A stretch of DNA of 64,000 nucleotides, taken from the NCBI GenBank assembly GCA_963828735.1, contig CAWHFW010000005.1:2272001-2336000 (forward strand), read 5' to 3'. Below the pieces are notes generated by a model that worked only from the letters and a program-made list of their open reading frames with translations, had not been told where the DNA came from and ran no database searches. Of the stretch, positions 1 to 9,537 are shown piece by piece; positions within the stretch are counted from its first letter, which is position 1; every line of letters starts with the position of its first letter. The translations under genes were made by a program, and so were the position numbers. Source of the stretch: an uncultured Gemmatimonadales bacterium (GTDB lineage: Bacteria > Gemmatimonadota > Gemmatimonadetes > Gemmatimonadales > GWC2-71-9).

Positions 1-529
1 CCACCTGCCGCGCGAGCGACCTGCTGAAGCTCGCGATACCGCCCTTGGCCGCCGAATACAGGATGGGATTCTCACCGGCCATGCCGACGGATACGTGATC
101 CCACGACATGTTGATGATGACGCCGCCCCGCTCGCGCATCGACTCTACCGCCGCCCAGGAGGCCAGGATGGTCCCGCGCAGATCCACGGCGAGCACGAGG
201 TCCAGCTTCTCGCGCCGGGACAGACGGCCGCCGGCGCCGGTGAGGATATCGGCCCCGGCGTTGTTGATCCAGGCGTCGACCCGCCCGAGTCGCTCGCCGA
301 GAGCGTTCGCCAGCGCGGAGACGTCAGCGTCCTGGCTGAGGTCCACCCTCAGCACCTCGGCGCGGCGGCCGAGGGAGCGGATGGTCTGTGCCGTCTCCTC
401 GGCGCCCTCGGCGTTGCCGCGATAGGTCACCGCGAGGTCGGCGCCTTCGCGAGCGCAGCCTACGGCGATCGCGCGGCCGATACCGCTGGACGCGCCGGTC
501 ACCAGCACGATCTTGCCGTCCAGCCTCAC
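1..529 (-). CDS. Short-chain dehydrogenase/reductase (SDR), 3' end beyond window
   Basis: Manual translation from GTG 529 (RBS GGGGAGG): MRLDGKIVLVTGASSGIGRAIA...WINNAGADILTG...LYSAAKGG; TGxxxGIG, NNAG and YxxxK motifs. Confidence 0.9.
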   Translation of the reverse strand, partial: MRLDGKIVLVTGASSGIGRAIAVGCAREGADLAVTYRGNAEGAEETAQTIRSLGRRAEVLRVDLSQDADVSALANALGERLGRVDAWINNAGADILTGAGGRLSRREKLDLVLAVDLRGTILASWAAVESMRERGGVIINMSWDHVSVGMAGENPILYSAAKGGIASFSRSLARQV

Positions 530-612
530 GCCGCCTCCCCTCGCTCGAACCTGCGCGCTAACTTCAAGAATCCCAACATATCAGGGCCATAGCAACTCAC
601 AAGGGAGTCCGG

Positions 613-1344
613 ATGCGGCTGTTGGTGAGCGTGCGATCGGCGGCGGAGGTCGGGACGGCGGTGGCGGGTGGCGCGCGGATCGTGGATGCCAAGGAGCCTG
701 GGCGCGGGTCGCTCGGCGCGGTCGACGCCGGAACGCTCCGCGCGATCGCCGGCGCGCTGCCGCCGGGAGTGCCGCTCAGCGTGGCTCTGGGCGACCTGAC
801 GGCCCCTGCCGCGCTCGCCACTGCGCTTTCGGTGCTCGACCGCATCGTGGAACGCCCGGAGGAGCTGTACGTGAAAGTCGGACTCGCTGGCATCGAGCAA
901 CCATTCGCGGCGCGAGCGGTACTCGCGGCGGCAGTGGACGCGGCAGCGCGCACGCCGCTCCGGCCCGATGTCGTGGCGGTCGCGTACGCTGATCATGCCG
1001 GTGCCCGTGCCCTGTCACGCGAGGCGATTACGGCGCTGGCCGGCGAAACGGGCGCGCGCGGTGTCCTGATCGACACCTGGATCAAGGACGGCCGCGACAT
1101 CTTCGCCTGGGCCACGATCCACGAGCTCGAGGACTGGGTAGGTCAGTCGAAGTCCCGCGGCCTCCTCACCGGGGTCGCAGGCTCGCTTACGGCGGATGGG
1201 GTGCAGCGAGTGGCCGCGCTGTCGCCGGATGTGGTCGGCGTGCGGGGCGCGGCGTGTTCCGGCGGCCGCCTGGGGTTGGTGGAAGAGCTGCGGGTTCGCG
1301 GGCTCGCCAACGCACTGAGAGAGCCAGTCGGCGGAGCGGTATAA
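613..1344 (+). CDS. mfnB: (5-formylfuran-3-yl)methyl phosphate synthase (MfnB/Orf22, UPF0264)
   Basis: MRLLVSVRS..E...GGARIVDAKEPGRGSLGA, LIDTWIKDG, AGSL, VGVRGAAC motifs; H4MPT context. Confidence 0.9.
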   Translation: MRLLVSVRSAAEVGTAVAGGARIVDAKEPGRGSLGAVDAGTLRAIAGALPPGVPLSVALGDLTAPAALATALSVLDRIVERPEELYVKVGLAGIEQPFAARAVLAAAVDAAARTPLRPDVVAVAYADHAGARALSREAITALAGETGARGVLIDTWIKDGRDIFAWATIHELEDWVGQSKSRGLLTGVAGSLTADGVQRVAALSPDVVGVRGAACSGGRLGLVEELRVRGLANALREPVGGAV

Positions 1345-1399
1345 CTTGTTGATACAAATGCAGTTTGTGGCAACTCAGCGCGCTTCTGCTTCGGCGGTT

Positions 1400-1415
1400 T
1401 TCGGGTTATATTCAG
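1400..1415 (+). promoter_or_regulatory. TTCGG-N6-TTCAG box (putative LexA/SOS-type) overlapping a TATATT -10
   Basis: TTCGGgttataTTCAG ending about 20 bp before ATG 1435; same 11-bp period as the boxes at 19856, 39461, 41071, 61561. Confidence 0.5.
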
Positions 1416-1434
1416 GCCAATCGCGGAGGCCCGA

Positions 1435-1737
1435 ATGCCCGACCCATTTCCCGATCTGAATGCGTTCCCCATCGACCCCGTGCGCCTCGAGCGCTGCCTC
1501 GAGCTCCGCACCTTCCATCTGGATTCCGGTCGGTATCAAATCGTTGGGGGCGCCCAAACGCACTGGGTCGACCTGTTCTCCGCCGACGTTCCCCGCTGCG
1601 ATTGCGGCGACCATCTGTGGCGCGAGCGAGCCTGCAAGCACATTCTCGCCGCGCTCTTGCGCGAAGGTGACGAGCGGGTGCTCGCTGCCTTGCGCGATCT
1701 GATCGCCTCCGCTCGAAGCCGTCCGCTCGCCGCCTGA
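1435..1737 (+). CDS. Small SWIM zinc-finger protein
   Basis: CDCGD..WRERACKH = CxC...CxH SWIM motif; GGAGG RBS. Confidence 0.8.
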   Translation: MPDPFPDLNAFPIDPVRLERCLELRTFHLDSGRYQIVGGAQTHWVDLFSADVPRCDCGDHLWRERACKHILAALLREGDERVLAALRDLIASARSRPLAA

Positions 1738-1825
1738 CGCGAATTGCCGGAAAGGCGCCAGGCACCCGCCTGCTGCGGCCCGTCCAACTGTCCGCCCCAC
1801 AAGCTTTTTCGTCTCATGCCCCGTG

Positions 1826-1840
1826 GGGCATAAGCCTTGC
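1826..1840 (+). promoter_or_regulatory. Candidate sigma54 promoter
   Basis: GGGCATAAGCCTTGC: GG-N10-GC with TTGC at -12, just upstream of the GGDEF-EAL gene. Confidence 0.45.
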
Positions 1841-1862
1841 CGACTGGCGCGACCGTGTTGGC

Positions 1863-4835
1863 GTGCAACGCGTTGCGCGCCACGGATCCGATCTTCCCCA
1901 AAGCGACGAGCTGAACCAGGTGACGCTAGCTCCGGCACCGCTGCAGAGCAGGTTCGGGCGACGCCTACTCCTGCTCTTCGTAGGCTGTGCAGTGCTTCCG
2001 ATCGCACTGGTCGCCGCCGTGTCCTACGGCCACATCACCCGGGAGCTTCGCAGTCAAAGCGAGGCCCGGCTGCATCAGGCCAACAAAGCCATGGGCCTCG
2101 CGCTGTATGAGCGTCTACTCCTGCTCGACGCCACGCTCAAGAGCATCCCGCCGCGTGTGCTCCGCCAACTTCAGACAGTCTCGGACCAGCCCGATGCGAA
2201 CCGGATGCTCAACACCGGCCTCGACCTGCTCGCGAGCCAGCGATTCGTCGCGCTCGAGTTCGCGGACGATGACGGCACGCACCTCCCCGTCTTCGGCACG
2301 CTCGAGCAGCCGCCGGCGCTCACGGCCGCGGATCAGGACGACCTCGGTGCCGGCCTCCCGCTGATCCTGAGCCGACCGCGCGCCGGCGGGCCCGCGCGCA
2401 CGTTCCTGCTGCGCCGGGTCGACCGGGCGGGCGAGGTTCGCGGCACGCTGATCGGCGAGGTGAGTCCGGAATTCCTGTGGGGAACGCTCGCCTCGAACCT
2501 CCCGTCGCCCAGTACGGTGATCGCGGTGGTCGCGGAACCCGGCGACACGCTGTTCCGTTCGACCCAGGCCGATCTCGTCTCGCAGGCGGATCCGATCACC
2601 GAAGCGGCGCCAATCGACCCCATGCCCGGGTCGGCGGCCTCGCCGGCCCGGGCGTTCGTGTCGTCCTCCTGGCCGGTGCTCCTCGACGAAGTCTTCGCGG
2701 CACCGACCTGGACGCTGGTGCTGAGCGAGTCGGAAGACGAGGTCCTCGGCCCGCTCGCGCGCTTTACTCGATTGTTCGGCTGGGCCGTCCTGCTCGCGGG
2801 TCTCGCCGTGCTGGTCCTGAGCGGCAGCCAGATTCGGCGAAGCCTGATCCCGCTGGTGGAGCTCCGGGAGGGAACGCGACGTATCGCGCACCGGGACTTC
2901 GGCAGCCGCGTCTCGGTGTCCAGCCGGGACGAGTTCGAGGAGCTGGCGACCTCGTTCAACGCCATGGCGGTCGAGCTCGGGCGCCAGTTTCAGGCGCTCT
3001 CGACCGCCGCGGAGCTCGATCGCGCCGTCCTCTCGGCCACGGACGCCGAATCCATCGTGGATACCCTGCTGTCCCGCACCCGCGACGTCTTTCCGTGCCA
3101 CCTCGTCGGCGTAACGCTGGTGACGCCCGACGGGGGAAAGTCGCTGAATGGCGTGATGTATGACTACTGCGACGAAGCACGCCACCCGACCCGTGTGGAG
3201 CTTCGCTCGGAGGACGTGCAGGACCTCCTCGAAGGACCCGACCTCGTCCAACTCGACGTCGAGGGTGACACGTTGCCGCGCTATCTCGAGCCCCTCGTCC
3301 GGCTCGGGCCGCGGACGGTCGTGGTGTTGCCGCTCCGATTCCGGCGGCAGCTCGTCGGCATGCTCATGCTCGGCGATCGCAGCGGCACGTCCGCGCGTGC
3401 CGAGGAGCACGTGCAGATCCGCCGCCTCGCCGATCAGGTGGCCGTCGCGTTGGCCAACGCGCGGATGCTGGAGCAGGTCCGATCCCTGGCCTACTACGAC
3501 AGCCTGACCGGGCTGCCGAACCGCCTCTCCTATAAGGAAAGGCTCGGGCAGGCACTGGACCACGCGCGGCGGAACGGGAAGCTCGTCGCGGCCTTCTTCA
3601 TCGACCTCGACCATTTCAGCCGGATCAACGACACGCTGGGCCACGAGGCCGGCGACCAGCTCCTTCAGCAGGTCGCGCTTCGCCTCCGCGCCTGCTGCCG
3701 GGACCGGGAAGACGAGGTCGGGCCGGCCCAGGCCGCAATTGCCGCCGACGTGGCGCGTCTGGGTGGCGACGAGTTCACGGTGATCATGCCGGGCCTCGCG
3801 AGCGCCGAGGATGCGGGCAAGCTCGCCCGCCGGATCCTCAGCACTCTGGCGCATCCCATTCCGGTCGAGGGCCAGGAGATCTTCGTCAACGCCAGCATCG
3901 GGATCGCGATCTATCCCGACGACGGTGAGGACCTCGAAACCCTCCTGATGCACGCCGACACGGCCATGTACAAGGCCAAGGAGCAGGGGGGGAGCAGCTA
4001 TCAGGCGTATTCACGGGCGATGAACGCGAGCGCGCTGCAGCGGCTCACGCTCGAGAACGCGCTCCGCCGCGCGATCGAGCGGGAGGAGTTCGAGCTGCAC
4101 TATCAGCCCGTCGTCGATGCTCGCACGGGCGCGGTGGTCGGCGCCGAGGCTCTGGTGCGGTGGCGGCATCCCGAGCTGGGCCTGCTGCTCCCATCGGAGT
4201 TCATCGCGCTCGCCGAGGAGAACGGACTCATCGTGCCGCTCGGCGAATGGGTGCTCGAAGAGGCGTGCAGCCAGAACCGGACATGGCAGGGCGCGGGCCT
4301 CCCGCCCATTCGGGTCGTCGTGAATCTGTCCAGTCGACAGCTTCGCCGTTCGTTTCCCGACACCGTCTCCAGCGTGCTCCAGCGCACCGGACTCGAGGCC
4401 CGTTTCCTCGGGCTCGAGCTCACCGAAAGCCTGCTGGTCAATCACCAGCGGGAGAACATGGACACGCTGCACGCGCTGCGTGCCACCGGGCTGCACCTGG
4501 CGGTCGACGACTTCGGGACCGGGTACTCGTCGTTCAGCTACCTCAAACACCTGCCGCTCGACGCCCTCAAGATCGATCGATCCTTCGTCCGCGAGATCAC
4601 GACCTCGCCGGACGACGCGGCCATCACGACGGCCATCATCGCGATGGCGCACGCCCTCAATCTCAAGGTGGTGGGTGAAGGGATCGAGACGGAGGCGCAG
4701 CGGGCGGTGCTGGTGCAGCAGGGATGCGACGAGATGCAGGGGTACTTGTTCAGCCGGCCCGTCGTCGCGGAACAGTTGGCGCAGTTCCTGGCCCGGACGC
4801 CGGCGCAGCAGTCGCGGAGGTTGCGGACGGCGTAA
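1863..4835 (+). CDS. Membrane HAMP-GAF-GGDEF-EAL c-di-GMP enzyme
   Basis: Two TM segments, HAMP (DEFEELATSFNAM), GAF, RLGGDEF, GAEAL, DDFGTGYSS; start may be GTG 1920. Confidence 0.93.
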   Translation: MQRVARHGSDLPQSDELNQVTLAPAPLQSRFGRRLLLLFVGCAVLPIALVAAVSYGHITRELRSQSEARLHQANKAMGLALYERLLLLDATLKSIPPRVLRQLQTVSDQPDANRMLNTGLDLLASQRFVALEFADDDGTHLPVFGTLEQPPALTAADQDDLGAGLPLILSRPRAGGPARTFLLRRVDRAGEVRGTLIGEVSPEFLWGTLASNLPSPSTVIAVVAEPGDTLFRSTQADLVSQADPITEAAPIDPMPGSAASPARAFVSSSWPVLLDEVFAAPTWTLVLSESEDEVLGPLARFTRLFGWAVLLAGLAVLVLSGSQIRRSLIPLVELREGTRRIAHRDFGSRVSVSSRDEFEELATSFNAMAVELGRQFQALSTAAELDRAVLSATDAESIVDTLLSRTRDVFPCHLVGVTLVTPDGGKSLNGVMYDYCDEARHPTRVELRSEDVQDLLEGPDLVQLDVEGDTLPRYLEPLVRLGPRTVVVLPLRFRRQLVGMLMLGDRSGTSARAEEHVQIRRLADQVAVALANARMLEQVRSLAYYDSLTGLPNRLSYKERLGQALDHARRNGKLVAAFFIDLDHFSRINDTLGHEAGDQLLQQVALRLRACCRDREDEVGPAQAAIAADVARLGGDEFTVIMPGLASAEDAGKLARRILSTLAHPIPVEGQEIFVNASIGIAIYPDDGEDLETLLMHADTAMYKAKEQGGSSYQAYSRAMNASALQRLTLENALRRAIEREEFELHYQPVVDARTGAVVGAEALVRWRHPELGLLLPSEFIALAEENGLIVPLGEWVLEEACSQNRTWQGAGLPPIRVVVNLSSRQLRRSFPDTVSSVLQRTGLEARFLGLELTESLLVNHQRENMDTLHALRATGLHLAVDDFGTGYSSFSYLKHLPLDALKIDRSFVREITTSPDDAAITTAIIAMAHALNLKVVGEGIETEAQRAVLVQQGCDEMQGYLFSRPVVAEQLAQFLARTPAQQSRRLRTA

Positions 4836-4860
4836 TGGCGGTTCTATGCGTTGCGGCCGC

Positions 4861-4878
4861 CGGAGGGACGTCCCTCCG
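4861..4878. terminator. Perfect 18-bp palindrome between convergent genes
   Basis: CGGAGGGACGTCCCTCCG; no long U-tract. Confidence 0.45.
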
Positions 4879-4889
4879 TAGGACCGGTC

Positions 4890-5459
4890 TCACCCTCTCC
4901 CCAACGCCTCCTCTACGCGCTCCCATCCGACCACCACGCAGGGCATCCCCGCCGGCCGCACCGATTCGAAGCACGCATCGGTGAGCTCGGGGCCGGGCGC
5001 GCCGGCCGTCGGCTTGACCAGGATCAACCGCTCAGCGTCGAGCGCACCGGCCACGAACGCGGCCACGCTGTCACTGGTGGCATCCCACGTGTGTGGCAGG
5101 ACGTCGGCCGCGCGCATCCAGCGATAGGGTGCGAGCACGGCGACGCCCGCGGTGCCGAGTGCCGAGGAGATCGCACCCGGCTCTTCCAGGAGTGGGGCGG
5201 GAATGCGCTCGGCAAGGACGTGCGCGTACTGATCCATCGCGAGGATCGCCATCCAGTGTGCCGCGTCGGCGGAGAGCCGCTCGACCCGCTCGAATTCGCG
5301 GACGGCGTCCGCGAACGGGCCGCCGCCTGGCACGACGAGGAGCCGCGTGCACCGGCCGGCTGCCGCGATGGCGGCACCTACCGCGTCGAGCGCGCCGGGG
5401 GTGGCGCTCAAACCGCCCCCGACCTTGATGACGGTGAGCCCTCCGTTCCCGCCGCTCAT
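4890..5459 (-). CDS. mfnE: Amino-acid-kinase family protein (MfnE/Orf21-like)
   Basis: VIKVGGGL, VVPGGGPFADAVR, AAHWMAILAMDQY, WDATSDSVAA; ATG overlaps the mfnF stop (ATGA). Confidence 0.85.
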   Translation of the reverse strand: MSGGNGGLTVIKVGGGLSATPGALDAVGAAIAAAGRCTRLLVVPGGGPFADAVREFERVERLSADAAHWMAILAMDQYAHVLAERIPAPLLEEPGAISSALGTAGVAVLAPYRWMRAADVLPHTWDATSDSVAAFVAGALDAERLILVKPTAGAPGPELTDACFESVRPAGMPCVVVGWERVEEALGRG

Positions 5460-6505
5460 TCGCTTCCGCTCAGCTCTGCCGCCAGGAGCCAGCCGACGGC
5501 GGCAGCCGGCGCCACGCGAGCCGCCGTCCCCAGCCGATCCGCGAGCGCGATGACCTCGAGGCCGACCCGGCGCGCGGCGTCCGCGGCGATGAAATCGCCC
5601 AGGCCGGCCACCACCGCCGCCTTCGCGCCCGGGGAGGCGGCGTGGACGCGGCGGAGGCCCGCGGCGACCAGGGCAACCTGCGCCTCGGCGATCGTGCCGG
5701 CGATGCGCGCGATCGCCTGCTCGTCCAGGATCTCGCGGTCGCCGCAGACGACGCGGGCCAACCGCTCGCCCGCGTGCTCGCGGGTCACCGGTCGGCCGTC
5801 CGCGGTCGGCGCCGTATAGTCGTCCGGCGCGAGGGTACCGAGCCACACGTGGGCGTCACCGGTCGTCGCGAACCCTTCCGCCGACACCGCGGCCAGTCCA
5901 TCCCAGAGGGGCACCTCGCGCACCAGCGCCTCGGCGGGCGTGCGAACCGCGCCGGTGTACAGCAGCTCGCCGGTCAGCAGCCGCGCGGGATCGGTTCGAC
6001 CGCGCGCGACGACTCGTCCGTCCGCGATCGGGATGATGTCGGTGGAGGTCGTGCCGATATCCACGAGGATCGCGTCCGGGACGTCCCGGGCCACCAGCGT
6101 TGCCGTCGCCACCCAGTTCGACGCGCCGATCTCGAGCGGCCGGCCTCGCGCCTCCGCGGAGCCCACGAACCGGCCGTCCACCGTGAACACCCGGACCGGG
6201 TCGCGGGGGAAGGCGGTCGCCACCGCGTCCAGCACGAACGCGACGCCTTCCCGCTTGGTACGAAAGGCCTGCGACAGCTCGGCCGTCATGGTGACGGCGT
6301 GCGGCCAGCCCGCCGCCCAATCGAGCCTGCGCGCCAGGGCCAGAAGCGTGTCGGCGAGCGCCGCAGGGTTGCGCTGGATCTCGAACGGAAGCGAGGCGCT
6401 CCGAAGCCCCGGAGCTCCGCCGTTTTGCCGCTCGACGCGTGCGGCCTTGATGTTGACCCCGCCGATGTCCCACCCGAGCACGGGGCCGCGCTCGCGACTG
6501 GTCAT
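5456..6505 (-). CDS. mfnF: Hydantoinase A-like H4MPT-linked protein (MfnF/Orf9)
   Basis: GWDIGGVNIK, AVTMTAEL, ASNWVATA, VDIGTTSTDIIPI, ELLYTGAVRTP. Confidence 0.87.
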   Translation of the reverse strand: MTSRERGPVLGWDIGGVNIKAARVERQNGGAPGLRSASLPFEIQRNPAALADTLLALARRLDWAAGWPHAVTMTAELSQAFRTKREGVAFVLDAVATAFPRDPVRVFTVDGRFVGSAEARGRPLEIGASNWVATATLVARDVPDAILVDIGTTSTDIIPIADGRVVARGRTDPARLLTGELLYTGAVRTPAEALVREVPLWDGLAAVSAEGFATTGDAHVWLGTLAPDDYTAPTADGRPVTREHAGERLARVVCGDREILDEQAIARIAGTIAEAQVALVAAGLRRVHAASPGAKAAVVAGLGDFIAADAARRVGLEVIALADRLGTAARVAPAAAVGWLLAAELSGSE

Positions 6506-6531
6506 TGGGCTTCGGTCCCTGATAAGTTGGG

Positions 6532-7347
6532 GTGACCATGGACATCATTCCGGTGCTCGATCTCGCGCAGGGCGTTGCCGTGCGCGCGCAGGCCGGCGAC
6601 CGCTCGCGGTACGAGCCCACCGCCTCCGCGCTCGCCCCGGACGCGGTAGGCGAGCCCGTGCCGATCATGCGCGCCTTCCGGATGCGGCTTGGTGCCAGGT
6701 CGTGCTACATCGCCGACCTGGACGCCATCCAGGGCGGCGCCGTGCAGCGCGGCACCCTGCGGGAGCTGGCGCAGCTCGATACCGGGTTTGCCGGCGCGAT
6801 CATGGTGGACGCGGGCGCGCACACGCCGGAGAGCACGTTCGAGGTGCTGGCAACCGGTGCGAGCCAGGTCGTGATCGGCCTCGAGACCCTTCGGGCGTTC
6901 ACCGACCTTCGGGCCATCGTCCGGACGGTGGGCGAGCACCGCGTCGTGTTCAGTCTCGATCTTCGGCTCGGGAGCCCCATCCTCCACCCGGCGATGCAGG
7001 ATGCGGAGGGCGCGGTGCCCGATGCCCTGAGTCTGGCGGCCCAGGCCGCGGACACCGGCGTGGACGGTCTGCTGGTGCTGGATCTGGCGCGGATCGGAAC
7101 CGGGTGCGGAACGGACCTGGGACTCATCGAGGCGCTGCGGAAGCGATTCCCCGACGCCAGATTGATGGCGGGTGGCGGCGTGCTGGCACGGCGGGACCTC
7201 GACCGTATGCGGGACGCCGGCTGCGACGGGGCCCTTGTGGCGAGCGCGATTCACGCCGGCACCATCACGGCCGCCGACCTGGCGGATCTTGCCGCCGGGC
7301 CGGTCGGGGCTCAGTCGCCGAGCGTTTCGCGGTACGTGGCGGACTGA
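6532..7347 (+). CDS. HisA/HisF-related TIM barrel (Orf17 of H4MPT clusters)
   Basis: IIPVLDL..G.AVRA, YIADLDAI, LDLARIGTG.G, AGGGV; start may be ATG 6538. Confidence 0.85.
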   Translation: MTMDIIPVLDLAQGVAVRAQAGDRSRYEPTASALAPDAVGEPVPIMRAFRMRLGARSCYIADLDAIQGGAVQRGTLRELAQLDTGFAGAIMVDAGAHTPESTFEVLATGASQVVIGLETLRAFTDLRAIVRTVGEHRVVFSLDLRLGSPILHPAMQDAEGAVPDALSLAAQAADTGVDGLLVLDLARIGTGCGTDLGLIEALRKRFPDARLMAGGGVLARRDLDRMRDAGCDGALVASAIHAGTITAADLADLAAGPVGAQSPSVSRYVAD

Positions 7348-7811
7348 CCGTAGTTCTCCTCGACCTCCAGCTCCAGCAGCGTCAGGTGACTGTACCCGCT
7401 CCCGTTGAGCTCGTCCCTGACCCGGCCACCCAGATACTGCGCCAGCATCTCGGCCGTGCTGTTCTGGATGGGGAGCAGGGCGCAGTCGCGCCTCGGGAAG
7501 ACGTAGGCCGGCTGACCGAAGTAGTCTACCCGCAGACGGTCGCCGTCCTCATGGAATGCCAGCTTGGGATTCTGGGTTGGAAGCAGCACCTTGTGGTCGA
7601 TCTCATCCACGAACCGGCGCGCGACCTGCTTCAGCACGCTGAAGTCGAGCACGAAGAACGCTTCGGCATCCACGGAACCTTCCACCGCCACACCGACCCG
7701 GTAGTTGTGACCGTGCAGCGTCTCGCACTGGTGTCCCCGGAAGGTGATGAAGTGCGCCGAGGCGAAGACCAGATAATCCTTGCTGACCTGCACGCGGAAA
7801 TGGCTCTGCAC
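7311..7811 (-). CDS. 6-pyruvoyl-tetrahydropterin synthase (PTPS/QueD) family
   Basis: FASAHF, CETLHGHNY, DHKVLLP, STAEMLA. Confidence 0.88.
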   Translation of the reverse strand: MQSHFRVQVSKDYLVFASAHFITFRGHQCETLHGHNYRVGVAVEGSVDAEAFFVLDFSVLKQVARRFVDEIDHKVLLPTQNPKLAFHEDGDRLRVDYFGQPAYVFPRRDCALLPIQNSTAEMLAQYLGGRVRDELNGSGYSHLTLLELEVEENYGQSATYRETLGD

Positions 7812-7821
7812 GACGATCTCC

Positions 7822-8670
7822 TCAGCGGTTCCAGCCGTCCTCTAGTATAACGACGAACAGCGCGGCGCACGTGAGGTCTGCCGTCGTCCCCGGATTGCGG
7901 GCATTGGTCGAGCTCCTGAGCTCCGCGTCGAGCGCCTGGAGCGCCCGCCTCCCGTGCTCCGAAGTTACGCCGCCGGCCTGCTCTACCTCGCGCGCGCGGC
8001 GCGACACGGCCTCCGCCGCTTCGCGACCCAGCTTCCGCGCGATGTGCGTATCGGGCAGCGCGGCGAGGATCCGCAGGTACGTCTGGACGGTGGCGTCGTC
8101 CCAGCCGAGTCCGGCGCTGCGGGCCTCGCGCAGGGCGGGCACGGCGACCTCGAACGTCGTGGCGAAGTCGGTGGCGTACTCGCGTGCGACGCTGTCCCGA
8201 TCGGCCGCGATCGCCATGGCATCGCGGAGTTCGACGGTCGGCGGGGCCGCCACGTCCTCGCTGGCCGAGGAGCCCAGCCCACCCGGGCGCGCGCGCCGAA
8301 TCGCGGTGTAGACCTCGGCGGCGTCGGCGACGGTGGTCGAGGCCAGCACGTCGCGCGTCCTGTCCCGCAGCGAACCGGCCGGCCGCAGGGCCGCGCAGGC
8401 CAGGGGCGAGAGCAGCAGAATGATGCCGAGGTTGGTGTTCGAGGCGGTCCACCGGTTCGTCGCGGTGACCGCGGCGAGGATGGTGGCGCCCAGCGGGCGC
8501 TCGCCGGCCGACGCGAGGGCCGGGCCGATCGCCACGGCGCTCGCCAGGAAGTCCTCGTAGCTCGTGTCGTGGAAGTGGCGCCCGGGCGAGACGTTGCCCG
8601 GCTTGGGCGCGCTGACCTCGAGCAGGCACGCGAGCTGACCGGCGGCGGCCACCTCGTCGGGCGTGTTCAC
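7822..8670 (-). CDS. CitG-like protein (Orf7 of H4MPT clusters)
   Basis: LLEVSAPKPGNV, NTNLGIILL, PDTHIARKLG, NPGTTADL; GTG overlaps upstream stop. Confidence 0.88.
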   Translation of the reverse strand: MNTPDEVAAAGQLACLLEVSAPKPGNVSPGRHFHDTSYEDFLASAVAIGPALASAGERPLGATILAAVTATNRWTASNTNLGIILLLSPLACAALRPAGSLRDRTRDVLASTTVADAAEVYTAIRRARPGGLGSSASEDVAAPPTVELRDAMAIAADRDSVAREYATDFATTFEVAVPALREARSAGLGWDDATVQTYLRILAALPDTHIARKLGREAAEAVSRRAREVEQAGGVTSEHGRRALQALDAELRSSTNARNPGTTADLTCAALFVVILEDGWNR

Positions 8671-9536
8671 CCGCGCGGGCCCACGAGCTGGTCGATCACG
8701 GCGCCGGCCACGTCGATCCCGGTGGTGGCCTGCAAGCCCTCCCATCCGGGAATCCCGTTGACCTCGAGCACGTATGCCGAGCCGTCGCGGGCCGGCAGCA
8801 GGTCGACGCCCGCGTATTCGGCGCCCACTGCCGCCGCCGCCCGCACGGCGAGCGCGCTCCATGCCTCGGAGAGCTGGACGGCCCGCGCCGTCCCTCCGCG
8901 GGCGAGGTTGGTGCGCCAGCCGTCCGAATGGCGCTCGATGGCCGCCAGCACGCGTCCCCCCACCACGAACGCGCGGATATCCCGCCCCTCGTGGTCGATG
9001 GCGCGCTGCAGATAGTAGACGCCGCGGATGGTCTCGATCGTCTTGAAGACCCGAAACGCCATTTCCTCGTCGCTCACCCGCACCATTCCGAGTCCCATCG
9101 AGCCGAACAACGGCTTCACGATCACGTCGCCCAGCGCGCGGAAAGCGGCGAACGCCTCCTCGGGCGATTCGCAGACGATGGTCTCTGGTGTCGGCAGCCC
9201 GCACTGCTCGAGCAGCGCCGAGGTCCAGAACTTGTCGACCGTCCGCTCGATGGCACGCGGCGAGTTCATGACCCGCACGCCTCGGTCCTCCAGTCGGTGC
9301 AGCGCGTCCACGCGGAAGATGATCTGCTCGAGCGAGCCCGAGGGAATGATCCGGGCGAGCACGGCGTCCGCGCGGTCGAGATCGGCCGCGCGGCTCCGAA
9401 GGCCGGGCTGATGGCCGATCGTGGCCACCAGCCCCTCGTAGGGAACGACCGACCCGGTGTGCCCGCGCGCCTCGAGCGCGCGGGTCAGCTCCCGGGTGTG
9501 CCAGCCCTCGCGGGCGGCGAGGATGACGAGGTGCAG
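8667..9536 (-). CDS. RimK-family ATP-grasp glutamate ligase (Orf5/MptN-like)
   Basis: GSLEQIIFRVDALH, DKFWTS, VKPLFGSMG, WRTNLARGG, EVNGIPGW; start uncertain (CTG 9536 or ATG 9596). Confidence 0.88.
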   Translation of the reverse strand: MHLVILAAREGWHTRELTRALEARGHTGSVVPYEGLVATIGHQPGLRSRAADLDRADAVLARIIPSGSLEQIIFRVDALHRLEDRGVRVMNSPRAIERTVDKFWTSALLEQCGLPTPETIVCESPEEAFAAFRALGDVIVKPLFGSMGLGMVRVSDEEMAFRVFKTIETIRGVYYLQRAIDHEGRDIRAFVVGGRVLAAIERHSDGWRTNLARGGTARAVQLSEAWSALAVRAAAAVGAEYAGVDLLPARDGSAYVLEVNGIPGWEGLQATTGIDVAGAVIDQLVGPRG

Positions 9537-9537
9537 G

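Noticed and set aside
526..996. Minus-strand ORF ending at the SDR start
   Set aside because: Antisense shadow of mfnB; its tail is simply the SDR RBS region
2115..3953. Long antisense ORFs (also 5940-7850, 23983-26205, 37198-39669 and others)
   Set aside because: High-GC shadow frames opposite well-supported genes, with no motifs
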